Source of the DNA: a virus | Taxonomy: Duplodnaviria; Caudoviricetes | DNA length: 55,368 nt | Direction: 5' to 3' (one strand) | IMG/VR virus record: IMGVR_UViG_3300049489_000171 | Coordinates: 1 to 55,368 of that record | Shown here: positions 43,787 through 53,278 of the stretch, one piece after another | How the letters are laid out: each line of letters starts with the position of its first letter | Position numbering within the stretch: the stretch's first letter is position 1 | Translations under genes and position numbers: made by a program | The notes under the pieces: model-generated | The model's input: only the letters and a program-made list of their open reading frames with translations | The model's database searches: none | What the model was told of the DNA's origin: nothing

Positions 43787-44035
43787 TCAGACAGTTTTCG
43801 CCAGTTTTATCTGGCGGTGGATGCCGCGAACAAACGCGCGGCGCGCTTCGTAGTAGGCGTACTTGGCGATGGACGAGTCAGGCGGTACGTCTTGCGCCTC
43901 TATCTGGTCTGTCCACAGTGCCAGCAACTCGCGGGCGCGGACATCGGTCTCGAACACCGAGTACAGCGACAGCAGGCGGCGGTGTTCGTCTATGTTCTTC
44001 TGATCTGGCTTTGCGATGTCGAGAAAGTCACTCAC
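43787..44035 (-). CDS. small head-assembly region protein
   Basis: Y..VF....RELL; AYYEARRAFV..I; position between portal and scaffold. Confidence 0.65.
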   Translation of the reverse strand: MSDFLDIAKPDQKNIDEHRRLLSLYSVFETDVRARELLALWTDQIEAQDVPPDSSIAKYAYYEARRAFVRGIHRQIKLAKTV

Positions 44036-45597
44036 TGCGCCGGCTCCTGCATCTGCCGCATGGCCTGGGCGTTGGCCATCGCCTTCTCAGCCAACTCCTT
44101 CTTTTCTTCCTCAGTGCGCAGCAAGCCCATGTCACCGCCGAACTTCTCCATGAAGAACTTCGGCAGGTTCTCGACCTTCATCTCCTGCACGAGCAACTGC
44201 GCAGCGACCTCTGGCCCCAGCATGGCCATCGCGCTCATCGTGTTCTGCACCGCCAGCGCGTCCTGCGCGCCCTGCGTCTGGGCAAACGGCGACGTGTACT
44301 TGATGTTGACCTGCCGGCCGTCGACCTTGTACTTGGAGATGATGCCCCGCCGTTGCAGGATGTACACCCCGCGGCGGACGACCTTGGCCAGCCACTCGGC
44401 CTGGATGCGGCCCATCTCGCCGTTCATCGCCCACAGGCGGTTGCGGTCGTTGACGCTGACCTCGGTGGCGCTGCGTACAGCCCCTTCAGTGGGCTCCGGC
44501 CCCAGCATCGTGCGCCGCACGCGCTGGCGCAGGTCGGTCATCAGGTTCTCGGTGATGGCGAAGTTGCCGCCGATGTCGAGTACCCGGAGCGACGGGTTGC
44601 CGTTGTCGTTGGTGGCCACCGGCAGGATCGTGTTGGGGGCGAGCACTGCCGTGTACGGGTTCAACACGCCGTCTGACACCCCCGTGACCGGCGGCGCCAC
44701 TGACAAAGCCGAGTGGCGCAGGACGAACTCCTGCATCTTGTCCAAGGTCCGGGCATCCGAGAGTGCCAGCAGCACCCGACCGCGGCCGTAGGCTTCGCCA
44801 GCGGTCTTGGTGGCGCGGGCCACGATCCGCGGGCAACTCGGGCCGTAGTCATAGCGCCAGATGATCGCCTTGTCCTCGCAGACGATCACGATGCCGTAAT
44901 ACTTCTTGGTCTCCGGGTGGTAGACCTCGGCCTGCACCACCTCAACCGGCTCGTCCGGCTTCTCGCGGATCTTCTGCGCCAGAGTGTCCGGCAGGTCGAT
45001 CTCCTCGAGCCCGGCGTACATCCGCAGCAGGTTGCGCCCCGTCGGCTTGCGCAGCATGAAGGTCGTCTCAACCTCACCGTTCGGCCCTTCCTCGATCTCG
45101 ATGGTGCTGGAAGGCACCGCAGAGAAAACGAACGGGTTCTGGTCGTCGCCTTCGTCAAAATCCATTGCGCCGGTACCGACCATCAGGTCCAGCGCCATCT
45201 CGTTCGCCACCTGGGCGAAGTTGCTGTGGTTCAGGTAGTCGAAGAAGATCTCGGTGTCGTTGCGCAGCCCTGCCAGGATCTCGGGCGTGATCTTGCGCTT
45301 GTCGATGTCCCCGCCGGGAGTCAATTCAGCCCAGCGGGTCCAGCCTGGGAACAGCAGCGCGCACATGGTGTTGGCCGCGGTATACGTCGACTCCTGCAGC
45401 GTGGAGTCGTACAGGACGTTGTTGCGCACCTGCCCTTCCGTGTACCAGTGGAAGGTCTCTCGCGACGGCATGGCGAAGCGGTAGGCATCCGCATAGGTGG
45501 AGCGCCACAACTCCTTGCGCTCAGCCGCCTTCCCCCGCCGCTTCAGCAGCGCTTCAGCGTCTTCGAGGTCTGTCGGCAGCTCGGTGATCAGGGCCAT
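44032..45597 (-). CDS. portal (head-tail connector) protein
   Basis: YDST; DLMVGTG; GEAYGRG; RSATEV; YTSPFAQ.Q. Confidence 0.92.
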   Translation of the reverse strand: MALITELPTDLEDAEALLKRRGKAAERKELWRSTYADAYRFAMPSRETFHWYTEGQVRNNVLYDSTLQESTYTAANTMCALLFPGWTRWAELTPGGDIDKRKITPEILAGLRNDTEIFFDYLNHSNFAQVANEMALDLMVGTGAMDFDEGDDQNPFVFSAVPSSTIEIEEGPNGEVETTFMLRKPTGRNLLRMYAGLEEIDLPDTLAQKIREKPDEPVEVVQAEVYHPETKKYYGIVIVCEDKAIIWRYDYGPSCPRIVARATKTAGEAYGRGRVLLALSDARTLDKMQEFVLRHSALSVAPPVTGVSDGVLNPYTAVLAPNTILPVATNDNGNPSLRVLDIGGNFAITENLMTDLRQRVRRTMLGPEPTEGAVRSATEVSVNDRNRLWAMNGEMGRIQAEWLAKVVRRGVYILQRRGIISKYKVDGRQVNIKYTSPFAQTQGAQDALAVQNTMSAMAMLGPEVAAQLLVQEMKVENLPKFFMEKFGGDMGLLRTEEEKKELAEKAMANAQAMRQMQEPAQ

Positions 45598-45900
45598 CTA
45601 GATGCCGCCGAACCGACGGGCAGCGCGGACCCGGCGTTTGCCCCCGCTTTGGGCGCCATACCCCCTCGCGTTCGACTGCGCCAACCCATAGTTGTCCGCC
45701 GCAGGGCCGTTGGTTGAGTCGCCACGAGGCAGCCGCGAGTCCGCCGAGCCACGCGCGATACGCAGTCCCTGGGCCGCGGTGTACATCCGTTTGATGCGGA
45801 TGTTGGCGTCCTCGTCCAGGTCCATCAGCTGCGCTACCTGCCGCTTGCGGAGTGCCTTCGCGGACGGGTCTTCTTTCGGTGTGTCCGGTGACGAGCCCAT
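45598..45900 (-). CDS. small virion-associated protein
   Basis: MGSSPDTPK start; basic, low-complexity C-terminus; precedes portal. Confidence 0.6.
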   Translation of the reverse strand: MGSSPDTPKEDPSAKALRKRQVAQLMDLDEDANIRIKRMYTAAQGLRIARGSADSRLPRGDSTNGPAADNYGLAQSNARGYGAQSGGKRRVRAARRFGGI

Positions 45901-46286
45901 TACAGTCCTCTGGTCATGTGTGCGTACAGTTGGTACGGCGTGTGAACAAGCGGCAGGCGCAGCCCAAGGGCCATCTTCACCGCGTCGACGCAGGTCAGCG
46001 GGCCGAAGTGCCACGCCAGCGAGGTAACCCCGAGCTGAATCCTCGTGTTGACTGGCACGAACGTGGGCTTCAGCGCGGCCGGCAGGTAGTCTTCCGGCGA
46101 CACCAGATGCGCCTGCAGCGTCAGCAACTCGTATGCCGGGTCGATCCGCACCCACACGTCCCGGTCGTTAAGCCACAACTCGACGTGCTTGAACCCGTCT
46201 TTCAGCCAGCGCATGTACCACTTGCCGTCGTCAGCGTCAGGCAAGTTGCGGAAGACCACGACAGCGTCGATCGGGTACTCAGACAC
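45900..46286 (-). CDS. hypothetical protein (possible permuted papain-like fold)
   Basis: GFKHV...TCVDAVK..LG......TPYQLY. Confidence 0.6.
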   Translation of the reverse strand: MSEYPIDAVVVFRNLPDADDGKWYMRWLKDGFKHVELWLNDRDVWVRIDPAYELLTLQAHLVSPEDYLPAALKPTFVPVNTRIQLGVTSLAWHFGPLTCVDAVKMALGLRLPLVHTPYQLYAHMTRGL

Positions 46287-47748
46287 CGAAAACGTTCCAA
46301 TTCGCGTTGGCCCGAATCGGCCCCGTCGGTCGAGTAATCGGCGCCGTGGTGTTGGCGTTGACGATCTCATGCTCGCCGGCGTCCATCAGGCCGTACTCCG
46401 CTGCTTCAGCGACGTGCGAGAACATGTCCTTCACCGGCACGTCGCGGTAGCGCGAGTCGTCGGTCAGCAGCTTGATGCGGGCGTAGTGGTAGCCTCCGGC
46501 CAGCGCCTTGCGCAAGTGCTTCATCTTCGGCGACAGCAGCAGTCCGGGTTTGCCGCCCACCGTGCGGGTCAGGGGTCGATCCAGCGCCGCGCGGCGGATC
46601 TCCGGGTCGTTGGTCGTACACGGCAATGCCGGCACGCCGTTGGCCCGCAGCACCCGGAACGCCGTGTCACTGTCGGTCTGCGCCCGGATGTCGCCAGACG
46701 GGTCACCACGAAAGACGAAAGTTATGGCCCCTGCGCACTTGGCCTGCATCTCGGCGCAGCGAACCTTGATCTCGTTGGCCAGCATCTTGGCATCACCGTC
46801 CTCGATGACGATTTCCTCGAGGCCGTACCACTGGTTGTTGACCTGCCGCTGCCAGAAGACCGCGGCCGGGGTGAGCCCGAAGTCGAGGCCCACGTAGCAG
46901 ACCCCCGGCACCGGGTTCAGGATCTCCTTGGCCAGATGGACCGACTCCGCGTAGTCCGGGTGCACCGGCTTGCCGTCAAAGCTCAGCCCGATCTGGTTGG
47001 CAAGGTTGACCTTGATCCAGTCTTCCTTCTTGCCCTGCATCTGCCGCTGGTAGTAGCTATCGCGGATGCTGGGGGTGCCCTCGCAATCCGGGTTCACCAC
47101 CCACTTGTCGTCGACCTTGATGACACCGGGGGGTTGTGTGAAGAACTCCCAGTCCGGCAAGTCGCCCAGGTCCCACAAGTCCTGCATCCGCTGCAACCAG
47201 TGGTCGCCGTCCCAGGCGTTGGTGTCCGCCAGGATGCCTGACCAGTTGTGCCAGCCGAAGCCCTTGAACCGACCCGTGCGTGAGTGCAGGGTGTCGATCA
47301 CGGACTTGGGCTGCTGCTTGATCTCGTTGGCCCACGCACCGGTCAGGTTCGCACCGCGAATCCGCTCAGCCGCCTTCTCGGAGTCCAGCGCGATGAACAT
47401 GACGTTGGCCAGCACGCGGGTGCCGTCATCAAGGTCGAAGTCCAGGCGGTGTTCGGGTGGCGGGCCAAACGTGAAACTGCCGCAACCCTTGGGCACCACC
47501 GACATCCAGTCACGGATCGTCGTCGACTTCAACTGCGGCAGCGTGCCGCGAGTCACCATCCAGTTCGACTCACGGACGTCTTGCTTGTTGGGCTTCTCGC
47601 TGCAGATCAACTTGAACAGTTTGACCGCGGTAGCGATCGTCTTGCCGGCGCCCAGCGGCCCGCGCAGGATCTGCACGTTCTTCGTCGACTCGCCAAAGCG
47701 CTCCAGCGTCGGCCCTTGCGGCTTGTAGACCAGCTGCGCCTTGCTCAA
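46279..47748 (-). CDS. terL: terminase large subunit
   Basis: Walker A GPLGAGKT; GAWANE; nuclease motifs GLDFG, GDPSG, SHVAEA. Confidence 0.9.
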   Translation of the reverse strand: MSKAQLVYKPQGPTLERFGESTKNVQILRGPLGAGKTIATAVKLFKLICSEKPNKQDVRESNWMVTRGTLPQLKSTTIRDWMSVVPKGCGSFTFGPPPEHRLDFDLDDGTRVLANVMFIALDSEKAAERIRGANLTGAWANEIKQQPKSVIDTLHSRTGRFKGFGWHNWSGILADTNAWDGDHWLQRMQDLWDLGDLPDWEFFTQPPGVIKVDDKWVVNPDCEGTPSIRDSYYQRQMQGKKEDWIKVNLANQIGLSFDGKPVHPDYAESVHLAKEILNPVPGVCYVGLDFGLTPAAVFWQRQVNNQWYGLEEIVIEDGDAKMLANEIKVRCAEMQAKCAGAITFVFRGDPSGDIRAQTDSDTAFRVLRANGVPALPCTTNDPEIRRAALDRPLTRTVGGKPGLLLSPKMKHLRKALAGGYHYARIKLLTDDSRYRDVPVKDMFSHVAEAAEYGLMDAGEHEIVNANTTAPITRPTGPIRANANWNVFGV

Positions 47749-48395
47749 TTGTCGTCCTCGGCGCCCTGCGTGAACTCGCCGTCCATGATCGGTGTGGCCT
47801 GCTGGTCGCCCGCCAGGTTGACGATCTGAACCGTCACCCGGGCCTGCTCCTCGTCAGTACCCCACAGCTTCTTGTTCTTGCCCAGCAACTCGGCAGCCTT
47901 CAGCGCCAGTTCGGGGTCTCGCAGCGCCTCGAGCGCGTCGCCCTTCTCGTCGGTCAGCAACTCGCCATTGCGCCCCCGGAGCTTGATCCTGTCCATCCCG
48001 TAGTCGTGAAGCTCTTTGACCCGGACCAGCACGCCGTCGCCACTCAGCCCCAGCACGGCCTCGGAGTAGCGCTTGGCTGTCTCGATCGCGGCAGCCATAT
48101 CCTTGCGCTGCCGCCAGCGGGTGTACGTGCTCTTGTCGAGCCGGTAGCCCAACCCGTACATGATCTGCTGGGCGTTGGTCAGGTGAAAGTTGGTCTGCAT
48201 CAGCGCGTCCAGGTAGTGCCGATGCTGCAGCCCCAGCGCCTTCTTCAGCTGCAGGTACTGCCGGCGCATCCCTTCCGCGGTGCCGTTGTGGTTCTTGACC
48301 GGCGTCGAAACCGGCTTGGCCTTGCGTGGGTGCCGCGTGAAGTGCCACGCCGGTACGGTCGACGGCTCGTCAACAGCCAACCAGTCGTCGCTCAC
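47745..48395 (-). CDS. terS: terminase small subunit
   Basis: Directly upstream of terL; ALKAAELLGK motif. Confidence 0.7.
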   Translation of the reverse strand: MSDDWLAVDEPSTVPAWHFTRHPRKAKPVSTPVKNHNGTAEGMRRQYLQLKKALGLQHRHYLDALMQTNFHLTNAQQIMYGLGYRLDKSTYTRWRQRKDMAAAIETAKRYSEAVLGLSGDGVLVRVKELHDYGMDRIKLRGRNGELLTDEKGDALEALRDPELALKAAELLGKNKKLWGTDEEQARVTVQIVNLAGDQQATPIMDGEFTQGAEDDN

Positions 48396-49033
48396 GCCGC
48401 CCGGCCTTGCGGCAACATGATGACCTTGCCGCTGTTCATGCCCCGTCGAGCGCGCACGTTGGACATCCCGGCGGCGCACTCACCGGGTGTCGGCCCGCCG
48501 CGCATCGAGATCAGGGTGGCGATGTAGCTCAACTGGTCGTCGTAGATCTGCTTGGCCATGCCGGGGTCGTAGCGCCCCTTGATCCGACCGGCCATCTCCT
48601 CAAGGCAGTCGACGTACAACGGCCAGTCCCGCGCGCAGGCGGCCAAAGCCACAGCCCGCCGGACGTCAGAGTCTTTCAGCTCGCCGAGGTAGAAGCCCTT
48701 GCGAGCAAACGCCGAGCCTTCGTTGACCCGGTATATCTCGACGTCGTCCTGGGTCTCGACGTGGGTGTACTGCCCTTCACTCAGGAAGCGGTTGTGCCGC
48801 GCCAGCGTGGTCGGGTTGGCCACCACCGTCTTGACGCCGTCGATAACCCGGGTGGGGCGGAAATAGACGTACTCGCCGTCGCAGACCCACATCCGCGAGA
48901 TCCCCGACAGCTTCTTGATCATCGCGTGCGCCCGCTTGTTCTCGAAGGGCAGCTTGGCGCCAGGTTCAACCTTGACAGCCTTCTTGCGCCGTTTCTTCGG
49001 CGGTGATATGTCCAGCCAGTCGGTGTCGTTCAT
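48392..49033 (-). CDS. hypothetical protein, first gene of the late arm
   Basis: GGAGA RBS; GTGA coupling to terS. Confidence 0.7.
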   Translation of the reverse strand: MNDTDWLDISPPKKRRKKAVKVEPGAKLPFENKRAHAMIKKLSGISRMWVCDGEYVYFRPTRVIDGVKTVVANPTTLARHNRFLSEGQYTHVETQDDVEIYRVNEGSAFARKGFYLGELKDSDVRRAVALAACARDWPLYVDCLEEMAGRIKGRYDPGMAKQIYDDQLSYIATLISMRGGPTPGECAAGMSNVRARRGMNSGKVIMLPQGRAA

Positions 49034-49647
49034 GCGGTTCTCCGGGATTGGGTGTCGCTTTCGCGGCCAATAGGCACGGCAAAAAGAACCCCCGATGGTG
49101 CGCTACGTGGAAGCGTCGGGGGTGTTGTTTACTTGTGCGAGAGGTCCAACCCCCGGCCCCGCGCTCCGGTGCAGCCGGGAGAACGCGGCGCGGGAGGCCC
49201 GGGTTTTCGCCGGAACCGGGGGTTGGATGTTCGAAATAGCAGAGGGGTATACCTGAAGTATACCGCTGCCCCGGAAAGTGTTTATTTTTCTGGAAAATTT
49301 TTTTGGAAGGGGGTCGCCGTGTGAGGGTGTGAGGGTTATGCTGCAACGCACAACGTTTCGCCGGAGAGGGAAAAATTCCGTGAGCGCCTAGTGATAAACA
49401 CGGGCGAATCCATTTCGGGGAGGCCACCCTCGCGTGACCCTTTCCCCGCGTCGCGTTTCGCCTATATGCCGCGATGCGAAGCCCTGCATATCGGCCTGGT
49501 CGCCACCGCCAGCACAAAGCCTTACGATTCAACGGCATAGCATCCAGCGGCTAACGTGCGGATAATCTGTATTGTGTTAAATACCGCATACCTATGCGGG
49601 TTCCAGCGTGTTTTATGCACGCTGATCTGCATAAAGCCGACCGACCG

Positions 49648-49896
49648 ACCGTGACACGGTAACGCGGCCTGGTGACCGCCTGGTCTGGCTGTATTGCCTT
49701 GTGGCCGGCAGCCACGACCTGCCCGAGTCCTAGCCGTGGCTGCCGGCTGACCGTGACACGGTATCTGCCTGTATTGGCGTAGGCGCTTCGCGCGTGACCT
49801 GCCCGAGTCCTAGCCGTGGCAGCCGGGGGACCGTCTAACCGTGACACGGTTAGACGGTCTGGTGACCGCCTAGCAGCCGACTAGGTCGTGTCACGG
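49648..49896. repeat. palindromic and direct repeat cluster
   Basis: ACCGTGACACGGT at 49648, 49750 and 49838; 15-bp perfect inverted repeat at 49829-49859; 25-bp direct repeat at 49716 and 49796. Confidence 0.9.
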
Positions 49897-49986
49897 CCAG
49901 ACTCTTGCCGGATCAGTCGCGAAATCCCGCCGCGATGCGTCAAGGCAAATCACCCTTACCGTGGGTCACCTTGCAGCTAGCACCTC

Positions 49987-50230
49987 CACCATCACCCTCT
50001 AGGGTGATGGTGATCAAGGTGCGGGGCGCTGCAAAAAGATAAGGCGTTCAACCCTGTCACCATCCCCGCACCATCCGCGCACCATCTCCCCAAACAGTCC
50101 TAACACGATGATTTAATTAAATTTTTCACTAAACGCACCAACCGCGCACCAAGCCCGCACCAACTCCCATTTACCTGTGGATAACCTGTTAGCAACGGCG
50201 CACCATCTTTGCACTGCAAAAGCATGGTGC
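49987..50230. other. putative replication origin
   Basis: 12-bp inverted repeat at 49987-50012; CACCA repeats with 11-bp spacing flanking an AT-rich tract; DnaA box TGTGGATAA at 50176-50184. Confidence 0.5.
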
Positions 50231-50304
50231 AGCTAAGCTTGCTTAGGTGCGCCTAGCAGGCTCAAACATTACAAAAATTTAATGTAAAAACATGTAGACA
50301 ACCC

Positions 50305-50332
50305 TTGCTTATGCGTTTTGTACTGCTATCCT
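50305..50332 (+). promoter_or_regulatory. putative early promoter
   Basis: TTGCTT-16 nt-TATCCT with an extended -10 TG and an AT-rich upstream tract. Confidence 0.4.
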
Positions 50333-50366
50333 GATCACACGGAATCACACAACGGGAGTATCTGCC

Positions 50367-50648
50367 ATGTACTTGGTATCGCTCGCCTACGCTCCGAACC
50401 CAGACATTGACGGCGGTTACTGGAACGGCCAGCCGCATGAGGGGCACAAGGCCGAATGCATCGGGTCGCTGGAATCCGCATCCGCAGTATGCCTTGCCTA
50501 CATTGCCCGTAACGGGCTTGGCGCGGGCAATTGGACTGGTGGCCATGTTGTCGATGTCGAGTCCGGCGAGCTGGTCGCCACGATCAGTTACAACGGCAGG
50601 ATTTGGCCGGTAGCGAAGCGGCCCGAACACACACAACGGGAGTACTGA
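50367..50648 (+). CDS. early hypothetical protein
   Basis: AACGGGAG leader; GAGNWTGG...ISYNGRIW. Confidence 0.75.
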   Translation: MYLVSLAYAPNPDIDGGYWNGQPHEGHKAECIGSLESASAVCLAYIARNGLGAGNWTGGHVVDVESGELVATISYNGRIWPVAKRPEHTQREY

Positions 50649-50649
50649 A

Positions 50650-50835
50650 ATGCGATATCTGAACCCTGAAGACCACATTGCGGTACTGCTGGCGGCGCTG
50701 GAGCAGATTGAGCGCCTCGGGCGCGATGGGGCGACTAGCCTCCCGAACGGGTCCCCTATGCAATTTGCGCTCGCCGATATCGCAAGCAAGGCCATCGCGC
50801 GGTATTTGACTGAATCACACAACGGGAGTAGCTGA
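50650..50835 (+). CDS. early hypothetical protein
   Basis: AACGGGAG leader. Confidence 0.65.
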   Translation: MRYLNPEDHIAVLLAALEQIERLGRDGATSLPNGSPMQFALADIASKAIARYLTESHNGSS

Positions 50836-50836
50836 C

Positions 50837-51217
50837 ATGCCTTTCATGGAACTACAAATAACTGCCAAGGGAGCGCTGTACTGCGCAGACTGCGCCAAGT
50901 GTGGCGCGACGCTGTACAGCCACGAATGGGCTACCGGATACAACAACGACGCGCGCGACGCGCTGCAGGACGGGACATACCGTTGCCCTGAATGCGGCGG
51001 CACGGCTGACCCTGATACGTTTACGGACTGCGGCCAGCAGTACGCCGGCCGCTACAGCGCGCCCGGCTACCTGGATTGTACCGAATGGCATTTCGGACCT
51101 GATGCGGATGCATTGGCCGATGAACTGCGCGACATGTACGGGGAAGATGAAGTCTGCGCCGAATGCGAGCGCAGCAACGGTCCGCACTATGCGGGCCCAT
51201 GCGAGCACGTATCATGA
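50837..51217 (+). CDS. early zinc-binding protein, paralog A
   Basis: CAKC and CPEC; YSAPGYLDCT. Confidence 0.75.
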   Translation: MPFMELQITAKGALYCADCAKCGATLYSHEWATGYNNDARDALQDGTYRCPECGGTADPDTFTDCGQQYAGRYSAPGYLDCTEWHFGPDADALADELRDMYGEDEVCAECERSNGPHYAGPCEHVS

Positions 51218-51444
51218 GCGCAGACCCGCGTTACGTCGCCGCCATGATCGTGGCCGGCATGCTCGCTCTGGCGGTCTGGTCAGACGATACCAGCCCGACC
51301 GTGGACAGCTCAGCGCCCACGGATGCCGGATGCGTCTATAACGACTCCGGCCGCTGCGACGTGCCGCCGCCTGCCTGTCCTGACGGATCGGAGCCTACCG
51401 CATGGTGCGGCTGCGATGCGCCAGTGTATGGCGACGACTGCTAA
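51214..51444 (+). CDS. small membrane-anchored Cys-rich protein
   Basis: TM YVAAMIVAGMLALAVW followed by six Cys. Confidence 0.55.
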   Translation: MSADPRYVAAMIVAGMLALAVWSDDTSPTVDSSAPTDAGCVYNDSGRCDVPPPACPDGSEPTAWCGCDAPVYGDDC

Positions 51445-51472
51445 CCCAATCACCACAACGGAGAGCCACAAC

Positions 51473-51781
51473 ATGTCTTTCATGCAGCTTCAGATCACGC
51501 CGAAAGGAGCGACCTATTGCGCCGACTGCGCCAAGTGTGGCGCTACGCTGTACAGCCACGAATGGGCTACCGGCTATAACAATGACGACCGCGACGCATT
51601 GCGGGATGGGAGCTATGTCTGCTCCGAGTGTGGCGGCCATGCAGACCCGGAGACTTTCACAGACTGCGGCAGGCAGTATGCCGCACGGTACAGCGCGCCC
51701 GGATACATGGATTGCACAGACTGGGCATATGGCCGCAACAAGCGTGAGCTTCTGCGGACTGTCCGCGAGATTTACGGCTAA
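51473..51781 (+). CDS. early zinc-binding protein, paralog B
   Basis: Near-identical N-terminus to 50837-51217. Confidence 0.75.
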   Translation: MSFMQLQITPKGATYCADCAKCGATLYSHEWATGYNNDDRDALRDGSYVCSECGGHADPETFTDCGRQYAARYSAPGYMDCTDWAYGRNKRELLRTVREIYG

Positions 51782-51802
51782 CCCACACAAGGAGCTAGAG
51801 CT

Positions 51803-52042
51803 ATGACAATCCCAAAGCTAGAGCCGCATTGCGGCTCCTGGATTTGCTCGACTGACGTTGAAGGTGAGCCGCGAATCCGTGAGACCTTTGACCCTGCCAC
51901 GGCCGAAGCGCTGGCCGTGCGCGGCTGGCAGGTAGAGACAGCGGCGCAGTATCTGGCGCGGTTTAACCGTGGCGTGAAACTCGCAGCGGAAAGGCGTGCC
52001 GCGCTGGCCGCCTTCGATGCTGAATTTCTCACCGGCAAGTGA
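51803..52042 (+). CDS. early hypothetical protein
   Basis: AAGGAG RBS. Confidence 0.7.
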   Translation: MTIPKLEPHCGSWICSTDVEGEPRIRETFDPATAEALAVRGWQVETAAQYLARFNRGVKLAAERRAALAAFDAEFLTGK

Positions 52043-52116
52043 GTAGCGGCAAGCGTGCCTGGGTGACTTGGCACGCTTGACGATAATCATTTAACCAACG
52101 GGAGGAAACGACAATG
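52031..52116 (+). repeat. intergenic stem-loop plus RBS repeat, copy 1
   Basis: CAAGCGTGCC/GGCACGCTTG stem with GTGA loop; nearly identical to 52411-52496. Confidence 0.9.
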
Positions 52117-52422
52117 ACCGCGATAAACGCACATCTGATGGATTGCAGGAGCAAGGCCGGCCGTGAGGCTCTTACATCCGCATTCCTCGACGCCCTGCTC
52201 GCCGAATTCGGTTCGGCCGAGGCAGTCGCCGATGCCAAGCGTGCCCACGACGAGGTGTGGGCAGAGCGCGGCGAGTACCCATGCGGCGATGAGCATGATG
52301 ACGAGATCATGGGCCAGTGGGATGAGGCCGTGAGCAGGGCGATGCGCGTGGCGCTCAAGGCCGAAGGCTGGCTTGGCATCGATGGTTCGGCCTACATGGA
52401 TGTCACGGTGACCAGCAAGTGA
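52114..52422 (+). CDS. early acidic hypothetical protein
   Basis: GGGAGG RBS. Confidence 0.7.
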   Translation: MTAINAHLMDCRSKAGREALTSAFLDALLAEFGSAEAVADAKRAHDEVWAERGEYPCGDEHDDEIMGQWDEAVSRAMRVALKAEGWLGIDGSAYMDVTVTSK

Positions 52423-52496
52423 CTAGCGGCAAGCGTGCCTGGGTGACTTGGCACGCTTGACGATAATCATTTAACCAACAGGAGAAACTGAACATG
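52411..52496 (+). repeat. intergenic stem-loop plus RBS repeat, copy 2
   Basis: 380 bp downstream of copy 1. Confidence 0.9.
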
Positions 52497-52751
52497 CTAA
52501 TCGACAATTTACGGGTATGCGTAGACTGCGCCATGCTCATAGCCAATGGCGACGCAAGAAGCGGCATGGATAGCGCGACTGAGGCGCGATGCCGCGCGGG
52601 TATCGCGAAAGAATCCACTGTAGGCGGGATTTGGTTTTTGTCTGGCGAGGATAGCGAATACGCTTTCAGCTGGCGGGAGTGTGACTGCTGCGCCTCGCGG
52701 CTTGGCGGAGCGCGGAGGGAAGCCGCAGTCCTTTACCCGGCAAGTGACTAG
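52494..52751 (+). CDS. early zinc-binding protein
   Basis: CVDC...FSWRECDCC.SRLGG.R. Confidence 0.7.
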   Translation: MLIDNLRVCVDCAMLIANGDARSGMDSATEARCRAGIAKESTVGGIWFLSGEDSEYAFSWRECDCCASRLGGARREAAVLYPASD

Positions 52752-52819
52752 CGGCAAGCGTACCTGGGCGACCTGGTGCGCTTGACGATACTCATTCACA
52801 ACGGGAGAAACCGACAATG
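52737..52819 (+). repeat. intergenic stem-loop plus RBS repeat, copy 3
   Basis: CAAGCGTACC/GGTGCGCTTG stem with GCGA loop; compensatory change relative to copies 1-2. Confidence 0.88.
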
Positions 52820-53278
52820 GACACTGCAAACACTAGCGCACTTGACGAAAAAGCCAAGATTCTGGCCGCGCTCGATACCTGGATCAGGCAGCGCCCCGGC
52901 CTGGATTACGGGAATTATGGCGACGTGGCCGCATACCGCGCCGAAATCAGAAGCATTGGCCGCGACCTGCAAGATGCCCGGGAACTGCTGCGCGCTGTCG
53001 AGCTGTCGAGCATGACCGCCGAGACCCTGCGCGGCGGGTTCAGCGCCTATTCCGGGCGGCTGTCCTGGGACGGCGAGCGCCTGGACTACTGCACCGGCCA
53101 GTATTGGCCGACAGAGTACCGGCGCGCAGTCTGCGCCGTGCTGGCCTCTGCGCTTTGGGACCATTACCGAGACGGATTCGCAGCTTCGGCCAAGCCGGGA
53201 GAGTCTGCCGGCGATGCGATCCGGCGCTGCTTTCGGCGCGAGTATGGCCGGCGCATTGCGGCGCGCTGGTTTGACTGA
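52817..53278 (+). CDS. early hypothetical protein
   Basis: QRPGLDYGNYG...YCTGQYWPTEYR. Confidence 0.75.
   Translation: MDTANTSALDEKAKILAALDTWIRQRPGLDYGNYGDVAAYRAEIRSIGRDLQDARELLRAVELSSMTAETLRGGFSAYSGRLSWDGERLDYCTGQYWPTEYRRAVCAVLASALWDHYRDGFAASAKPGESAGDAIRRCFRREYGRRIAARWFD

Noticed and set aside
42718-44676. 652-aa plus-strand ORF
   Set aside because: Antisense shadow of the scaffold and portal genes; Arg-rich and motif-free
49145-49227. tRNA gene
   Set aside because: No T-loop or D-loop consensus and the closing stem is too long; kept only as a candidate structured RNA
48966-49847. ORFs 48966-49538 and 49551-49847
   Set aside because: Low-complexity translations over repeats and hairpins with no recognisable motifs; treated as non-coding
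52031-52819. CRISPR array or attC integron suggested by regularly spaced palindromic repeats
   Set aside because: The intervals are whole genes of 250-450 bp, there is no cas operon or integron integrase, and I saw no GTTRRRY/RYYYAAC attC cores
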